In this document: piece by piece, positions 31,040 through 41,173 of the stretch
Position numbering within the stretch: position 1 is the first letter of the stretch
How the letters are laid out: each line of letters opens with the position of its first letter
Assembly (NCBI RefSeq): GCF_054482595.1
Contig: NZ_CM137008.1
Direction: 5' to 3' (one strand)
DNA: 64,000 nucleotides
The notes under the pieces: generated by a model
What the model was told of the DNA's origin: nothing
The model's input: the letters and a program-made list of their open reading frames with translations, nothing else
Databases searched by the model: none
Translations under genes and position numbers: made by a program

Positions 31040-31510
31040 TCCGAAATCTCCGCTCTGCGCAGGGCGTTCAGAGATATCGCAACCTGCATTTTATCCGGTG
31101 TTTCGCACCTGCCCCGTTCGTGACACAAAGGCGTGACACCGGATATCCGCAGTCCTGCTTACCTGAATAAAACCCGGGGTATTGATTGTGTACTGTGGTG
31201 CGAAATCGCACCGTGATCGCGGATTCGCCGAATCCGCACTGTGGTGTCAACCAACCATACGCGAGAGTCCTCTCCGTATTTATCAGTGCCTCAGGACGAT
31301 TTCTGCATAGTTAATCCAGGGGGCTGCATTGTTTATTTCCCTGCTAATGGATGTGACATCCAGGATATTCATGATCCTGATTTCCCTGAGCAGTATCAGC
31401 GCTTATTGGCACGTCTGGATTATCTGACGAAGCCCGATGCTAAAGCATCAGGTCAGCGTAACTCTGGCTACAGCGGTTTTTGACCTGTTGTAACTGTAAG
31501 GTGATTTATT

Positions 31511-32077
31511 ATGTATACAGAATCAAACGTTAAGCTTTCCTGTAACGCCCTCTGGCAAAAGTGTGTCCTTGCAACTCTGTATCGGGCTGCAGCCACACAT
31601 CCTGAAATTAAATTATTACAATTTAAATTAATACCAGGACAGGGTATTAATAAGGCCATTCCCTCTCTGATGGCTGATTTTACTGGTGAACTGCATAGAC
31701 TCATTTCTGAATATTTGCAGTGTAAGCGACGTAAAGATAAATCTGTTGAGCCCACCCCTTTATATTATCTCTGGAGTAGGGAGGCTGTGGCTAACGATAC
31801 CACTCCTTATCTTATGGTGCTGCTACTTAATAACGATGTCTGGTGTAAGAGTCGTGAGGTGGTGGTTCTCAGAAATCTGATTGAGCAGGCGTGGGGAAAA
31901 GTATTGGGTGAAGATAACTCCATTACACATCTGGTTGTGTATCCTGAAGTGCTGTCGTTGGTATTTGATGCAGCTAACACATACAACGCTGAGCCTGGTG
32001 TACTGGAACAGACGGCCCAGGCTTACATTGAATCGCATGGTGCCATTGAACGTCATCTTGGGTGTAGTGACTTTTAA
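31511..32077 (+). CDS. Hypothetical protein, second Rep-like (Gp2-family-like) paralog
   Basis: 188-aa ORF with pattern GINKAIPSLMADFTGELHRLISEY...PYLMVLLLNND resembling the 29263 and 47998 ORFs. Confidence 0.45.
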   Translation: MYTESNVKLSCNALWQKCVLATLYRAAATHPEIKLLQFKLIPGQGINKAIPSLMADFTGELHRLISEYLQCKRRKDKSVEPTPLYYLWSREAVANDTTPYLMVLLLNNDVWCKSREVVVLRNLIEQAWGKVLGEDNSITHLVVYPEVLSLVFDAANTYNAEPGVLEQTAQAYIESHGAIERHLGCSDF

Positions 32078-32407
32078 CGTCAGGTGATGCATAAGGGCCT
32101 TTCGCTGAGAGGCCCTGTTTACACAATTAAATAAATCGAGCCCGACCAACAATTTTGATGTTAACAGCAGGATTATTGAGGGGCAATCAATGTGTTCTTC
32201 GGTAGCGATTACGGTAGTGAACGGACCTGCTGTCTGAATGGCATCGATCCGCAAGCGTATCGGCGCCATATTCTGAGCGTACTACTGAAATGGCTAATGG
32301 CAGTAAAGAGAGACTTTACGTATATTTGCATAAAGCAGGATTTTACGACTAGTCAACATTCTTTATAATTCTTCAGGTTCAGAGTATCTGACATATAGGG
32401 TTATGTA

Positions 32408-33124
32408 TTGGGGAGACATTTAATGTTTGGCCATCTGTTACGATACTTTAGTTTCTGTAAAAAAGATTTATTAGTATTTCATCCTGAATCTGATTACTCA
32501 GATAATTTACATAAAGCCTTCTCTTTTACAAAAAGGCTAGGATTTAATGAAGAATGGAATGGGGTCACAAAAAACAAAGAATATGATTATCAGGATGTCT
32601 TCAGTCATGTCTGTCTGCAGTCTGGTGTGACAGACTTTTCCGCTTCAGCAGGACAATGCTTAAAGTGGAGTCATTATTTTCAGCCATATTTTGAGAATAT
32701 CCTTGAATGTCGGGTATGGGTTACCGTTGGACAACTCTGGAAACAGGAACGATTTATTTACAATCCGTCAGTTGCGGATTTTCAGCGCTGGTCTGAAAAA
32801 GGGATTCAGCCTGAAGATTTTAGACATCACTCGGGGTTTAACTTTCATGCGTGGTTGACGACGGAAAATGGTGTGATTGTGGATGTTTCCTTTATGAGTA
32901 CGTTATCGCGGCGATTACCTGAACACCTGAGTGAAGTCAGTGGAAGTGTGATTATTGGCACGCCAGAGACGGTTCTTCCTGAGTATAAATATGTTCCCAT
33001 GATTGTCGGTCAGAGGATTGTTGAGAAAATAGAAAAACGCTCTTTCATTGGTTTTCTGGCGCACGACGATATTGATTTATATACAGTACCTGCAATCTTG
33101 GTTCCGGTATGGAAAGAATGTTAA
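32408..33124 (+). CDS. Hypothetical protein (238 aa), ORFan
   Basis: Long ORF in AT-rich DNA with balanced protein-like composition; no recognisable motif. Confidence 0.45.
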   Translation: MGRHLMFGHLLRYFSFCKKDLLVFHPESDYSDNLHKAFSFTKRLGFNEEWNGVTKNKEYDYQDVFSHVCLQSGVTDFSASAGQCLKWSHYFQPYFENILECRVWVTVGQLWKQERFIYNPSVADFQRWSEKGIQPEDFRHHSGFNFHAWLTTENGVIVDVSFMSTLSRRLPEHLSEVSGSVIIGTPETVLPEYKYVPMIVGQRIVEKIEKRSFIGFLAHDDIDLYTVPAILVPVWKEC

Positions 33125-33443
33125 AGCACGGAATAACACTATGCACTTACCGCTTTCCGGAACTCAGCTTGTTACCTGAGCGGTCAACAGAGCAGTCTTT
33201 CAGTGTCTGCACTTGGTTGCCACTAAACCGGAGTCATTTATCAGAAGTATATGTTCATGGAAGGATATTGTCAGCGCCAGTGATATAAGACGGTAATGAG
33301 GATAGCCATCCCGCATGGGTTTCCTCAACACTGGTCACTGTGACAAGCGCACCATGATCGTCTTTGTATCGCTGATTGACTTTCGATAATAGAACATCTT
33401 CTGACATAAATTTTAGTACGGTAACAATTAACTAAATTTTCAT

Positions 33444-33710
33444 GTGGTAGCACTGAATCAGGAGACTGCGTTTCCTGATGTGTGCTTCTGCAGCCGTTAC
33501 CGGATACAGACTTCGATACCAGTTACTTCGACATCCGCCATGTGTCCTGGGACCCGCTATAACGAAGTTGGAGGTAATCAGTACAGCGTTCCCGAAATGC
33601 TGTGTGGTCAGCCAGTCTCGATACGAATATCGCTGAACGATGAGTTGCGGATCTACAGTAATGAGAAACTGGTGGCCTCACATCGCCTCTGCTCAGTGTC
33701 GTCTGGCTAG
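33444..33710 (+). pseudogene. IS21-family transposase (IstA) C-terminal fragment
   Basis: YSVPEMLCGQPVSIRISLNDELRIYSNEKLVASHRLC resembles the IstA C-terminal domain; no N-terminus or istB follows. Confidence 0.5.
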
Positions 33711-33799
33711 CAGATAGTACCGGAACCTCACGCCCCGCTCTGGCAGCAGATCAGTCAGGTGGAACATCGACCACTGAGTGCCTATGAGGAGCTGTTGTG

Positions 33800-35520
33800 A
33801 TGCATGTGTCAACGACGGATGAAAGTGGCTCTTCCGCAACCTGGGTGGAGATTTTCATGCCAGTGGACTCATTACCCTCTGCCTGAGTAGTTCAAATCCT
33901 GCTCGACCATACATCTGGCGTTTCAGCATCTTCAGGCGATTTACATGACCTTCGACAACACCATTACTCCAGTGACTACTGATTGCCTCACATATAGCTG
34001 CAGCATCAGCTTCCATCCCCGCCGCCACGCGCCGAAATTCTGCTGAACCGCTTTCGTGGACTCGAGTGAACCAACTGCTTAGCTGTGATTTATTTTGGGT
34101 TTTCAGAATACGGTAGAACTCGAGTGCCAGTTGCTGCGCTATTTTCAGCTCAGGTTCTTTTTCACACATCAGACTAATAAATCGGGAAGCATAATTTTCT
34201 TCATCCCTGGTTATTCTCCAGGGCATCAACCAGCGGCTTACCCGGGACACTGAAGGAAGTCTGACGGCAGTAGTAACCGGTGGGTTCCAGCCTTTACGCC
34301 ATTTGGCAACCGCATCCCTGACGATGGTTTCACTGCCTGTAAATCCCCGGGCCACCATTTCCCGCCATATCCGGCTGGCGTTATAATTACCACTTTCTCG
34401 TTGCTCTTTTAACCACTCCCTCCATGGGTCCAGAAGCCCTCGCTTTGGCGGTCGGGTTGACATTTCAGGGAATGTTCCTGAACGCACCCAGCGACTGACT
34501 GTCACACGCGACAGGCCTGTAATACGGGATATTTCCCTGAAACTACATCCCTTGTTATGCAGGGCCATAACCTCTGTCCAACGCTGATGCCGTTTTTTGC
34601 GGGTTTGTTGTTTTAGGCGTTCCGGACGACGGAGCGATGCTGCAGGCACAGATGGTTCTGGATCAGGTGATTTCTTTGGTGACAACTCACTGGCAACAAG
34701 ACGTATCAGAGGTATATGTCTGTACATCATTCGTTCAGGCGCATCGCCAATATTTTTTAGCAGATGCCATCGATCGGCCACCTGTCTGGCCTGAGGTGCA
34801 CCTTCACGTGCTGCTGTCGCATAGACTCCACTGCGATCACGCGAGACAATCTGTATTTCCGGATATTTTCTGAACCAGGTCGCCAGCGTACGCTGATCAC
34901 GGCCGGGAAGCAGGACGAGGGGAGGGTGAGTATCAAGATTGACGATTAACGTACCGTAACGGTGGCCCCGATGCCACGCCCACTCATCAATACCGACATG
35001 AGGCGAGCCTGACTGTTTCGTCTCCGGGGTATTGATAACCCTGCGAAGGAGAGTATCAGCACTGCAACGGAGACCCACTGCCGTTGCTGCCCGTTTCCCG
35101 GCCTCACCTCCGGCGATTAATCCCAGTTGACGTTGTAAATTTTGTAACGCCTGTGAAGACTGTTGGTGTGAACCGGCGAAGGGAGCAAGCGACTCGGCAA
35201 AAATTTTACGTGAACAAGCCGGGTTACGGCAGTACCAGTGGCGGACAGAAAATACAAGCCATAGCGTATGTCCTGAGCAGGGTAGATGCTGTATCCGGCG
35301 CCGACGACAACTATGAACAGAGTCGCTACGCTTAAAGCATTCAGGACATTGTGCTGTTTTGCGTTTTCCGTGGAGATGGAGGGTTATACCGTCAGAGCTA
35401 ATAATTTGTCGACTGCATCGCCATCCGCAAGGTAACTGTAGAAGTGTCTTAAGAGAGTGCATTGCGTTGCCCATGACTTAAAACAGCTTAGATCTTTGTT
35501 CACCAGAAAGTTTCATCCAT
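33800..35520 (-). mobile_element. ISL3-family insertion sequence (approximate ends)
   Basis: Contains a single 539-aa ISL3-type transposase gene; element ends were not mapped. Confidence 0.5.
33855..35474 (-). CDS. ISL3-family transposase
   Basis: N-terminal Cys-rich zinc-finger region, central DDE region and C-terminal SNGVVEGHVNRLKMLKRQMYGRAGFELLRQRVM. Confidence 0.8.
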   Translation of the reverse strand: MGNAMHSLKTLLQLPCGWRCSRQIISSDGITLHLHGKRKTAQCPECFKRSDSVHSCRRRRIQHLPCSGHTLWLVFSVRHWYCRNPACSRKIFAESLAPFAGSHQQSSQALQNLQRQLGLIAGGEAGKRAATAVGLRCSADTLLRRVINTPETKQSGSPHVGIDEWAWHRGHRYGTLIVNLDTHPPLVLLPGRDQRTLATWFRKYPEIQIVSRDRSGVYATAAREGAPQARQVADRWHLLKNIGDAPERMMYRHIPLIRLVASELSPKKSPDPEPSVPAASLRRPERLKQQTRKKRHQRWTEVMALHNKGCSFREISRITGLSRVTVSRWVRSGTFPEMSTRPPKRGLLDPWREWLKEQRESGNYNASRIWREMVARGFTGSETIVRDAVAKWRKGWNPPVTTAVRLPSVSRVSRWLMPWRITRDEENYASRFISLMCEKEPELKIAQQLALEFYRILKTQNKSQLSSWFTRVHESGSAEFRRVAAGMEADAAAICEAISSHWSNGVVEGHVNRLKMLKRQMYGRAGFELLRQRVMSPLA

Positions 35521-35547
35521 TTTCTTCCACCCAAGTTGCGGAAGAAC

Positions 35548-35590
<43 letters not shown>

Positions 35591-35859
35591 TACACCAGCG
35601 AAACCACACAGGTAGCTATTACCATATGTGGTAATACACTAGTTACAGGAAAAACATGCAGGTTCCGCAATACGTTGTGTGTTGCTGCTTAGTCAGGATC
35701 TTTTCTTCCATGCGAGATACGACAACACTTTTGAGGAAAGATGTTCACAACTGGTGGGGCGATTGCAACAGGTTTGTGCAGAACTCCCCCCGGATGGCAA
35801 TGCAGGGGGGAAAGGATTTTTCAGGTTGACCGCCCAGGTACATCAAATCAGTATGCTGC

Positions 35860-36585
35860 TCACGCCTGACGGTGCGATGAGTAATGTATTTCATACTCTT
35901 CCCGGTAGAGAGTTTCCCCCCAAAGAACCGGTTTATTCTCAGCAGTCAAATAAGTATGTTGTCGTACCAGAATTGGGCGGGAACGCTTTATTTTCAGCTT
36001 CTGGGCCGCATCCCGGCTGGGCAGCGCCACATGAACCTGGTTGGCAATTGTCTGTATCTCTATGCGAAGTGCCTGCTCAAAAATGTTTTGCAACGCATGG
36101 ACTTCCAGTTCCTGCTTATCTATTTGCAGGGCAAGAATTGAAGGCATATAACGAATTTCGAATGCAATTGGCTGCTGATTTATCAAGCGCAACCTTAACA
36201 GCCGATGGATGCTCTCTTTGCCTGATAACATCAGTTTTGTCCGTAAGAGTTCTGACGTTGAGACAGGTGCGAATTCGACGAGTTGATATTCGAGGTGTTT
36301 GTCGACACCAACCAGATCTTTTTCAAAAAATCCAAGAGATTGCGTATCCATTACGGTGATAATGGAAGGTTTTTTAACGAAGGTTCCACGTCCCCGAATG
36401 CGTTCAATCAATCCATCCGTAAGAAGACCCTGCATCGCATGGACCACTGTCGCTCGGGTGGTATTAAATTGGGCTGCAAGTTCGTTTTCAGAAGGTAAGC
36501 GTTCGCCTTGTTTATATACATTTTGTGCTATTCCATTGCGTAATGCTTCTCTGATCTGCAGGTAAATTGGCAAATTGCGATGCAT
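35860..36585 (-). CDS. GntR-family transcriptional regulator (HutC/UTRA-type)
   Basis: N-terminal winged HTH (LPSENELAAQFNTTRATVVHAMQGLLTDGLIERIRGRGTFV) and a C-terminal effector domain; divergent from the amidohydrolase gene. Confidence 0.85.
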   Translation of the reverse strand: MHRNLPIYLQIREALRNGIAQNVYKQGERLPSENELAAQFNTTRATVVHAMQGLLTDGLIERIRGRGTFVKKPSIITVMDTQSLGFFEKDLVGVDKHLEYQLVEFAPVSTSELLRTKLMLSGKESIHRLLRLRLINQQPIAFEIRYMPSILALQIDKQELEVHALQNIFEQALRIEIQTIANQVHVALPSRDAAQKLKIKRSRPILVRQHTYLTAENKPVLWGETLYREEYEIHYSSHRQA

Positions 36586-36613
36586 GTCAAATTAATCCTT
36601 CATTCTAAGTTGC

Positions 36614-36625
36614 ATAGTCAACTAT
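36614..36625. promoter_or_regulatory. Palindrome ATAGTCAACTAT in the divergent intergenic region; candidate GntR operator
   Basis: Perfect 5-2-5 inverted repeat containing a GT...AC core, between the regulator and the amidohydrolase gene. Confidence 0.3.
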
Positions 36626-36707
36626 ACAACTTCAAGGGTGACGGTATGTCATTTTAGCAGATATCACCTTCAGGTGTGGTCAGTTAAACATAAATGAGTT
36701 AGAGAAA

Positions 36708-37505
36708 ATGATTTTTGATACGCATGCGCATGTTTTTGTTCGAGGATTACCATTAGCGGAACATTGCCGATATGTTCCTGATTACGACGCCACACCGGAG
36801 AGTTATCTGACTCACTTGGATCGGTTTGGCATTGATGTTGGTATTCTGGTGCAACCCAGTTTTCTGGGGACGGATAACCACTATATGCTTGAGGCTCTTC
36901 GCCGTTACCCTACCCGGTTTCGTGGTGTAGCCGTTGTGGATCCAAACATTACGCGCTGTAAACTGGATGAAATGGCAAAATTAGGGGTCACTGGTATCCG
37001 CTTAAATTTAGTCGGCGTGGAAATTCCCGATCTTACGCAACCTGCATGGCAACACCTGTTAGAACATATTAAAGCCCTGGGATGGCATGTTGAGCTACAC
37101 AGAGCTGCGCGCGACTTGCCAGCGTTAATTACGGTATTACTTAAATCCGGTGTAAAGATTGTCGTTGACCATTTCGCGTTGCCTTCTCAGGAAGAGAAAC
37201 AAAACGATCCCGGATTTCAGTTTCTCCTTGAGCATGCAGAAACGCAGCAAATCTGGTTGAAACTTTCTGGCGCCTATCGCAATGGCAGTACTGAAACTCT
37301 CAACGATAACGTGGCACCGTTAATTCCTCTCCTGCTGCAGCATTTTGGACCTGCACATTTATTGTGGGGTAGCGACTGGCCACATACTCGATACGAAAAT
37401 GTCGTCAATTATCAAAAAACGTTCGAGTTACTGACGCAGCAAATACCTGATAAAGAAATGAGAAATAAAATTTTATCGGTTAGTGCAGAATCACTTATCG
37501 ATTAG
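36708..37505 (+). CDS. Amidohydrolase-2 family metal-dependent hydrolase (lactonase/decarboxylase-like)
   Basis: 265 aa with N-terminal HAH (MIFDTHAHVF) and C-terminal GSDWPH motifs typical of TIM-barrel amidohydrolases. Confidence 0.8.
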   Translation: MIFDTHAHVFVRGLPLAEHCRYVPDYDATPESYLTHLDRFGIDVGILVQPSFLGTDNHYMLEALRRYPTRFRGVAVVDPNITRCKLDEMAKLGVTGIRLNLVGVEIPDLTQPAWQHLLEHIKALGWHVELHRAARDLPALITVLLKSGVKIVVDHFALPSQEEKQNDPGFQFLLEHAETQQIWLKLSGAYRNGSTETLNDNVAPLIPLLLQHFGPAHLLWGSDWPHTRYENVVNYQKTFELLTQQIPDKEMRNKILSVSAESLID

Positions 37506-37536
37506 TTGGATTGAGAATATAGTCGAAAGGTATATC

Positions 37537-38886
37537 ATGAGCATATTTTATAAAAAAAGCTGGTACAAGTGGATTGTATTGGTGGTTTGTATTCTTGCCT
37601 ATTCATCAGGAAACCTGGTGCGCTGGAATTATACGGGAATATCGCAATATCTTATTGGTGAATGGCACATTGGAAAAGAAGAATTGGGGATCCTTGGTTC
37701 CGCATTCTTTTATGCCTACGCGATTGGGCAAAGTCCCTGGGGAACACTTACCGATATATTAGGCGGACGCAGAGTTATTTCTATCGGTATTTTAATTACC
37801 GCTATTATGTTCTCTCTCTTTGCTTTTGCGGGTGGCTACCATGCCGCTATCATCATTCGAGTATTAATGGGATTTGTTGGGGCGGCAACATTTGTGCCTT
37901 GTATGGCGGTACTTTCTCGCTGGTTTAGTAAAAAGGAGCGAGGTATGGTGCTGAATATCTTCTCTGGCACAGGTGGTGGATTAGGTGAGCTGTGGTCCTT
38001 TTTATTAATGCCATTGATTTCATTATTTATGGTAGGCGGCGCTACCGTGCTTGGCCTGAGCTCCTGGCGTGCATCTACGCTAATTATGGCGTTTGTCACA
38101 CTGGCGATCATGATCCTCTGTTTTGTCGGTATGCGCTCCGACCCGTCGGAATTAGGTCTTCCGTCCGTTGTTGAACAGGAGACGCGTAAGCAGGCGAAAG
38201 AACATAGCTATGCCAGGACACTGCTTAATGCGTTGCGCGATCCGTGGTTCTGGGTCATTACATTCGCCTGGCAAGGTTTTACCGTTTCTCTGCGTCTGCT
38301 ACCGGCCTGGTTGCCTATCTATGCGGCAGCTTACTACAAACAGACACAGGGATTATCCAGCGTTGAGGCGATGGTCGCAGGAGGTATGATAGCATCAGTG
38401 TATGTTGCCGGACGTATTTTGGGAACGCCTGTCTTTGGCAAATTATCTGACTTTTTGCTTGTCAGTTATAACGTACCAAGAACATTGATTATTGCTTGCT
38501 TCCATATCTTTATTACCGTCTCAATGTTTGCTCTTAGCCATCAAATGCCTTCCACATTTTTATTTGCAGTTCTGGTTTTTGTGATTGGTGCCGCGATAAA
38601 TATGTTCCCTCTGGTTAATGCAGTCGTCGCAGAAATCTGGCCGGTTAAAACGGGGGGCGCGTTAATGGGGATGGTGAATACGGTTGGGCAGTTAATAGGT
38701 GCCTCAGCGTTGGCCTACAGTGGTTTTATGGCAGAAAAATTTTCCATAGCCGGAGCAGGATACAGTTTTGAGTATCGTGGCATTTGGTATTTGGCAATGA
38801 TATTCAGTTCAATATCTATCCTGGCGTCTCTGTTGGCGATGCATCGCGAAAAACAAAGTATTCGGGAAAATGCCTTGAGTCATTAA
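37537..38886 (+). CDS. MFS transporter
   Basis: About 450 aa with roughly 12 hydrophobic segments; ATG at 37537 preceded by AAAGG. Confidence 0.85.
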   Translation: MSIFYKKSWYKWIVLVVCILAYSSGNLVRWNYTGISQYLIGEWHIGKEELGILGSAFFYAYAIGQSPWGTLTDILGGRRVISIGILITAIMFSLFAFAGGYHAAIIIRVLMGFVGAATFVPCMAVLSRWFSKKERGMVLNIFSGTGGGLGELWSFLLMPLISLFMVGGATVLGLSSWRASTLIMAFVTLAIMILCFVGMRSDPSELGLPSVVEQETRKQAKEHSYARTLLNALRDPWFWVITFAWQGFTVSLRLLPAWLPIYAAAYYKQTQGLSSVEAMVAGGMIASVYVAGRILGTPVFGKLSDFLLVSYNVPRTLIIACFHIFITVSMFALSHQMPSTFLFAVLVFVIGAAINMFPLVNAVVAEIWPVKTGGALMGMVNTVGQLIGASALAYSGFMAEKFSIAGAGYSFEYRGIWYLAMIFSSISILASLLAMHREKQSIRENALSH

Positions 38887-38891
38887 GCATA

Positions 38892-39947
38892 ATGTTTAAT
38901 CATATATTTACCCAGGTCAAACGTTCAGAAAATAAAAAAATGGCGGAAATCGCCCAATTCCTGCATGAAAATGATTTGAGCGTTGACACCACTGTCGAAG
39001 TATTTATTACCGTAACCCGCGATGAAAAGCTTATCGCGTGCGGCGGAATTGCCGGAAATATTATTAAATGCGTTGCTATCAGTGAATCCGTTCGCGGTGA
39101 AGGACTGGCGCTGACATTAGCCACCGAACTGATAAACCTCGCCTATGAGCGGCACAGCACGCATCTGTTTATTTATACCAAAACCGAATACGAGGCGCTG
39201 TTCCGCCAGTGCGGTTTTTCCACGCTGACCAGCGTCCCCGGCGTGATGGTGCTGATGGAAAACAGCGCCACGCGACTGAAACGCTATGCCGAATCGCTGA
39301 AAAAATTTCGTCATCCAGGGAACAAGATTGGCTGCATTGTGATGAACGCCAATCCCTTTACGAATGGTCACCGTTATCTGATTCAACAGGCTGCGGCACA
39401 GTGCGACTGGTTGCATCTGTTTTTAGTCAAAGAAGATTCTTCACGCTTCCCCTATGAAGACCGGCTGGATCTGGTGTTAAAAGGCACCGCCGATATTCCA
39501 CGCCTGACCGTGCATCGCGGCTCCGAATACATCATCTCCCGCGCTACGTTCCCTTGCTACTTCATTAAAGAACAGAGCGTCATTAACCATTGTTACACCG
39601 AAATTGATCTGAAGATTTTCCGTCAGTACCTCGCTCCCGCGCTGGGTGTAACTCACCGCTTTGTCGGTACTGAACCCTTTTGTCGCGTTACCGCCCAGTA
39701 CAACCAGGATATGCGCTACTGGCTGGAAACGCCGACTATCTCCGCACCGCCCATCGAACTGGTTGAAATTGAGCGGCTGTGTTACCAGGAGATGCCGATA
39801 TCCGCTTCCCGGGTACGCCAACTGCTGGCGAAAAACGATCTCACGGCTATCGCGCCGCTGGTCCCTGCAGTCACGCTGCATTATTTGCAGAACCTGCTTG
39901 AGCACTCCCGCCAGGACGCGGCAGCTCGTCAAAAGACCCCCGCATGA
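38892..39947 (+). CDS. citC: Citrate lyase ligase CitC
   Basis: Sequence (…VKRSENKKMAEIAQFLHENDLSVDTTVEVFITVTRDEKLIACGG...) matches E. coli CitC as recalled; start codon choice is uncertain. Confidence 0.88.
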   Translation: MFNHIFTQVKRSENKKMAEIAQFLHENDLSVDTTVEVFITVTRDEKLIACGGIAGNIIKCVAISESVRGEGLALTLATELINLAYERHSTHLFIYTKTEYEALFRQCGFSTLTSVPGVMVLMENSATRLKRYAESLKKFRHPGNKIGCIVMNANPFTNGHRYLIQQAAAQCDWLHLFLVKEDSSRFPYEDRLDLVLKGTADIPRLTVHRGSEYIISRATFPCYFIKEQSVINHCYTEIDLKIFRQYLAPALGVTHRFVGTEPFCRVTAQYNQDMRYWLETPTISAPPIELVEIERLCYQEMPISASRVRQLLAKNDLTAIAPLVPAVTLHYLQNLLEHSRQDAAARQKTPA

Positions 39948-39961
39948 GAAACAGGTGAAAA

Positions 39962-40258
39962 ATGAAAATAAACCAGCCCGCCGTTGCAGGCACCCTTGAG
40001 TCTGGGGATGTGATGATACGCATCGCCCCACTCGATACGCAGGATATCGACCTGCAAATCAACAGCAGCGTTGAGAAACAGTTTGGCGATGCCATTCGCA
40101 CCACCATTCTGGACGTTCTCGCCCGCTACAACGTGCGCGGCGTACAGCTGAATGTCGATGACAAAGGCGCACTGGACTGCATTTTACGTGCACGACTGGA
40201 AGCCCTGCTGGCACGCGCCAGCGGTATCCCGGCTCTGCCATGGGAGGATTGCCAATGA
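39962..40258 (+). CDS. citD: Citrate lyase acyl carrier protein CitD
   Basis: 98 aa ([42 protein letters not shown]...). Confidence 0.9.
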
Positions 40259-41163
40259 TTTCCGCTTCGCTGCAACAACGTAAAACTCGCACCCGCCGCA
40301 GTATGTTGTTTGTACCTGGTGCTAATGCCGCGATGGTCAGCAACTCCTTCATCTACCCGGCTGATGCCCTGATGTTTGACCTCGAAGACTCCGTTGCATT
40401 GCGTGAAAAAGACACCGCCCGCCGCATGGTTTACCACGCGCTGCAACATCCGCTTTATCGCGATATTGAAACCATTGTGCGTGTAAACGCGCTGGATTCC
40501 GAATGGGGTGTTAACGACCTGGAAGCCGTCGTTCGCGGTGGTGCGGACGTTGTGCGTCTGCCGAAAACCGATACCGCTCAGGATGTTCTGGATATCGAAA
40601 AAGAGATCCTGCGTATCGAAAAAGCCTGTGGTCGTGAACCCGGCAGTACCGGCCTGCTGGCGGCGATTGAATCTCCGCTGGGCATTACCCGCGCGGTAGA
40701 AATCGCTCACGCTTCCGAGCGTTTGATCGGTATCGCCCTCGGTGCAGAAGACTATGTGCGCAACCTGCGTACAGAACGCTCCCCGGAAGGAACTGAACTG
40801 CTGTTCGCTCGCTGCTCCATTTTGCAGGCCGCGCGTTCTGCGGGTATTCAGGCGTTCGATACCGTCTATTCCGACGCTAACAACGAAGCCGGATTCCTGC
40901 AAGAAGCCGCCCACATCAAACAGCTGGGCTTTGACGGCAAATCGCTGATCAACCCGCGTCAGATTGATCTGCTGCACAACCTCTACGCACCGACCCAGAA
41001 AGAAGTGGATCACGCCCGCCGCGTCGTAGAAGCCGCTGAAGCCGCCGCTCGCGAAGGCCTCGGCGTGGTTTCCCTGAACGGCAAGATGGTGGACGGTCCG
41101 GTTATCGATCGCGCCCGTCTGGTGCTCTCCCGCGCAGAACTTTCCGGCATCCGCGAAGAATAA
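40255..41163 (+). CDS. citE: Citrate lyase beta subunit CitE
   Basis: Start [34 protein letters not shown]...; overlaps citD stop (ATGA). Confidence 0.9.
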
Positions 41164-41173
41164 GGCAATCAAA

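Noticed and set aside
35679-36359. 226-aa plus-strand ORF overlapping the GntR regulator gene
   Set aside because: Antisense to a regulator with a clear HTH domain; no RBS or homology features.
38784-38891. Upstream extension of the citC ORF overlapping the MFS gene 3-prime end
   Set aside because: The extension overlaps the transporter coding region; the downstream ATG at 38892 corresponds to the CitC N-terminus as recalled, so the shorter start was preferred.
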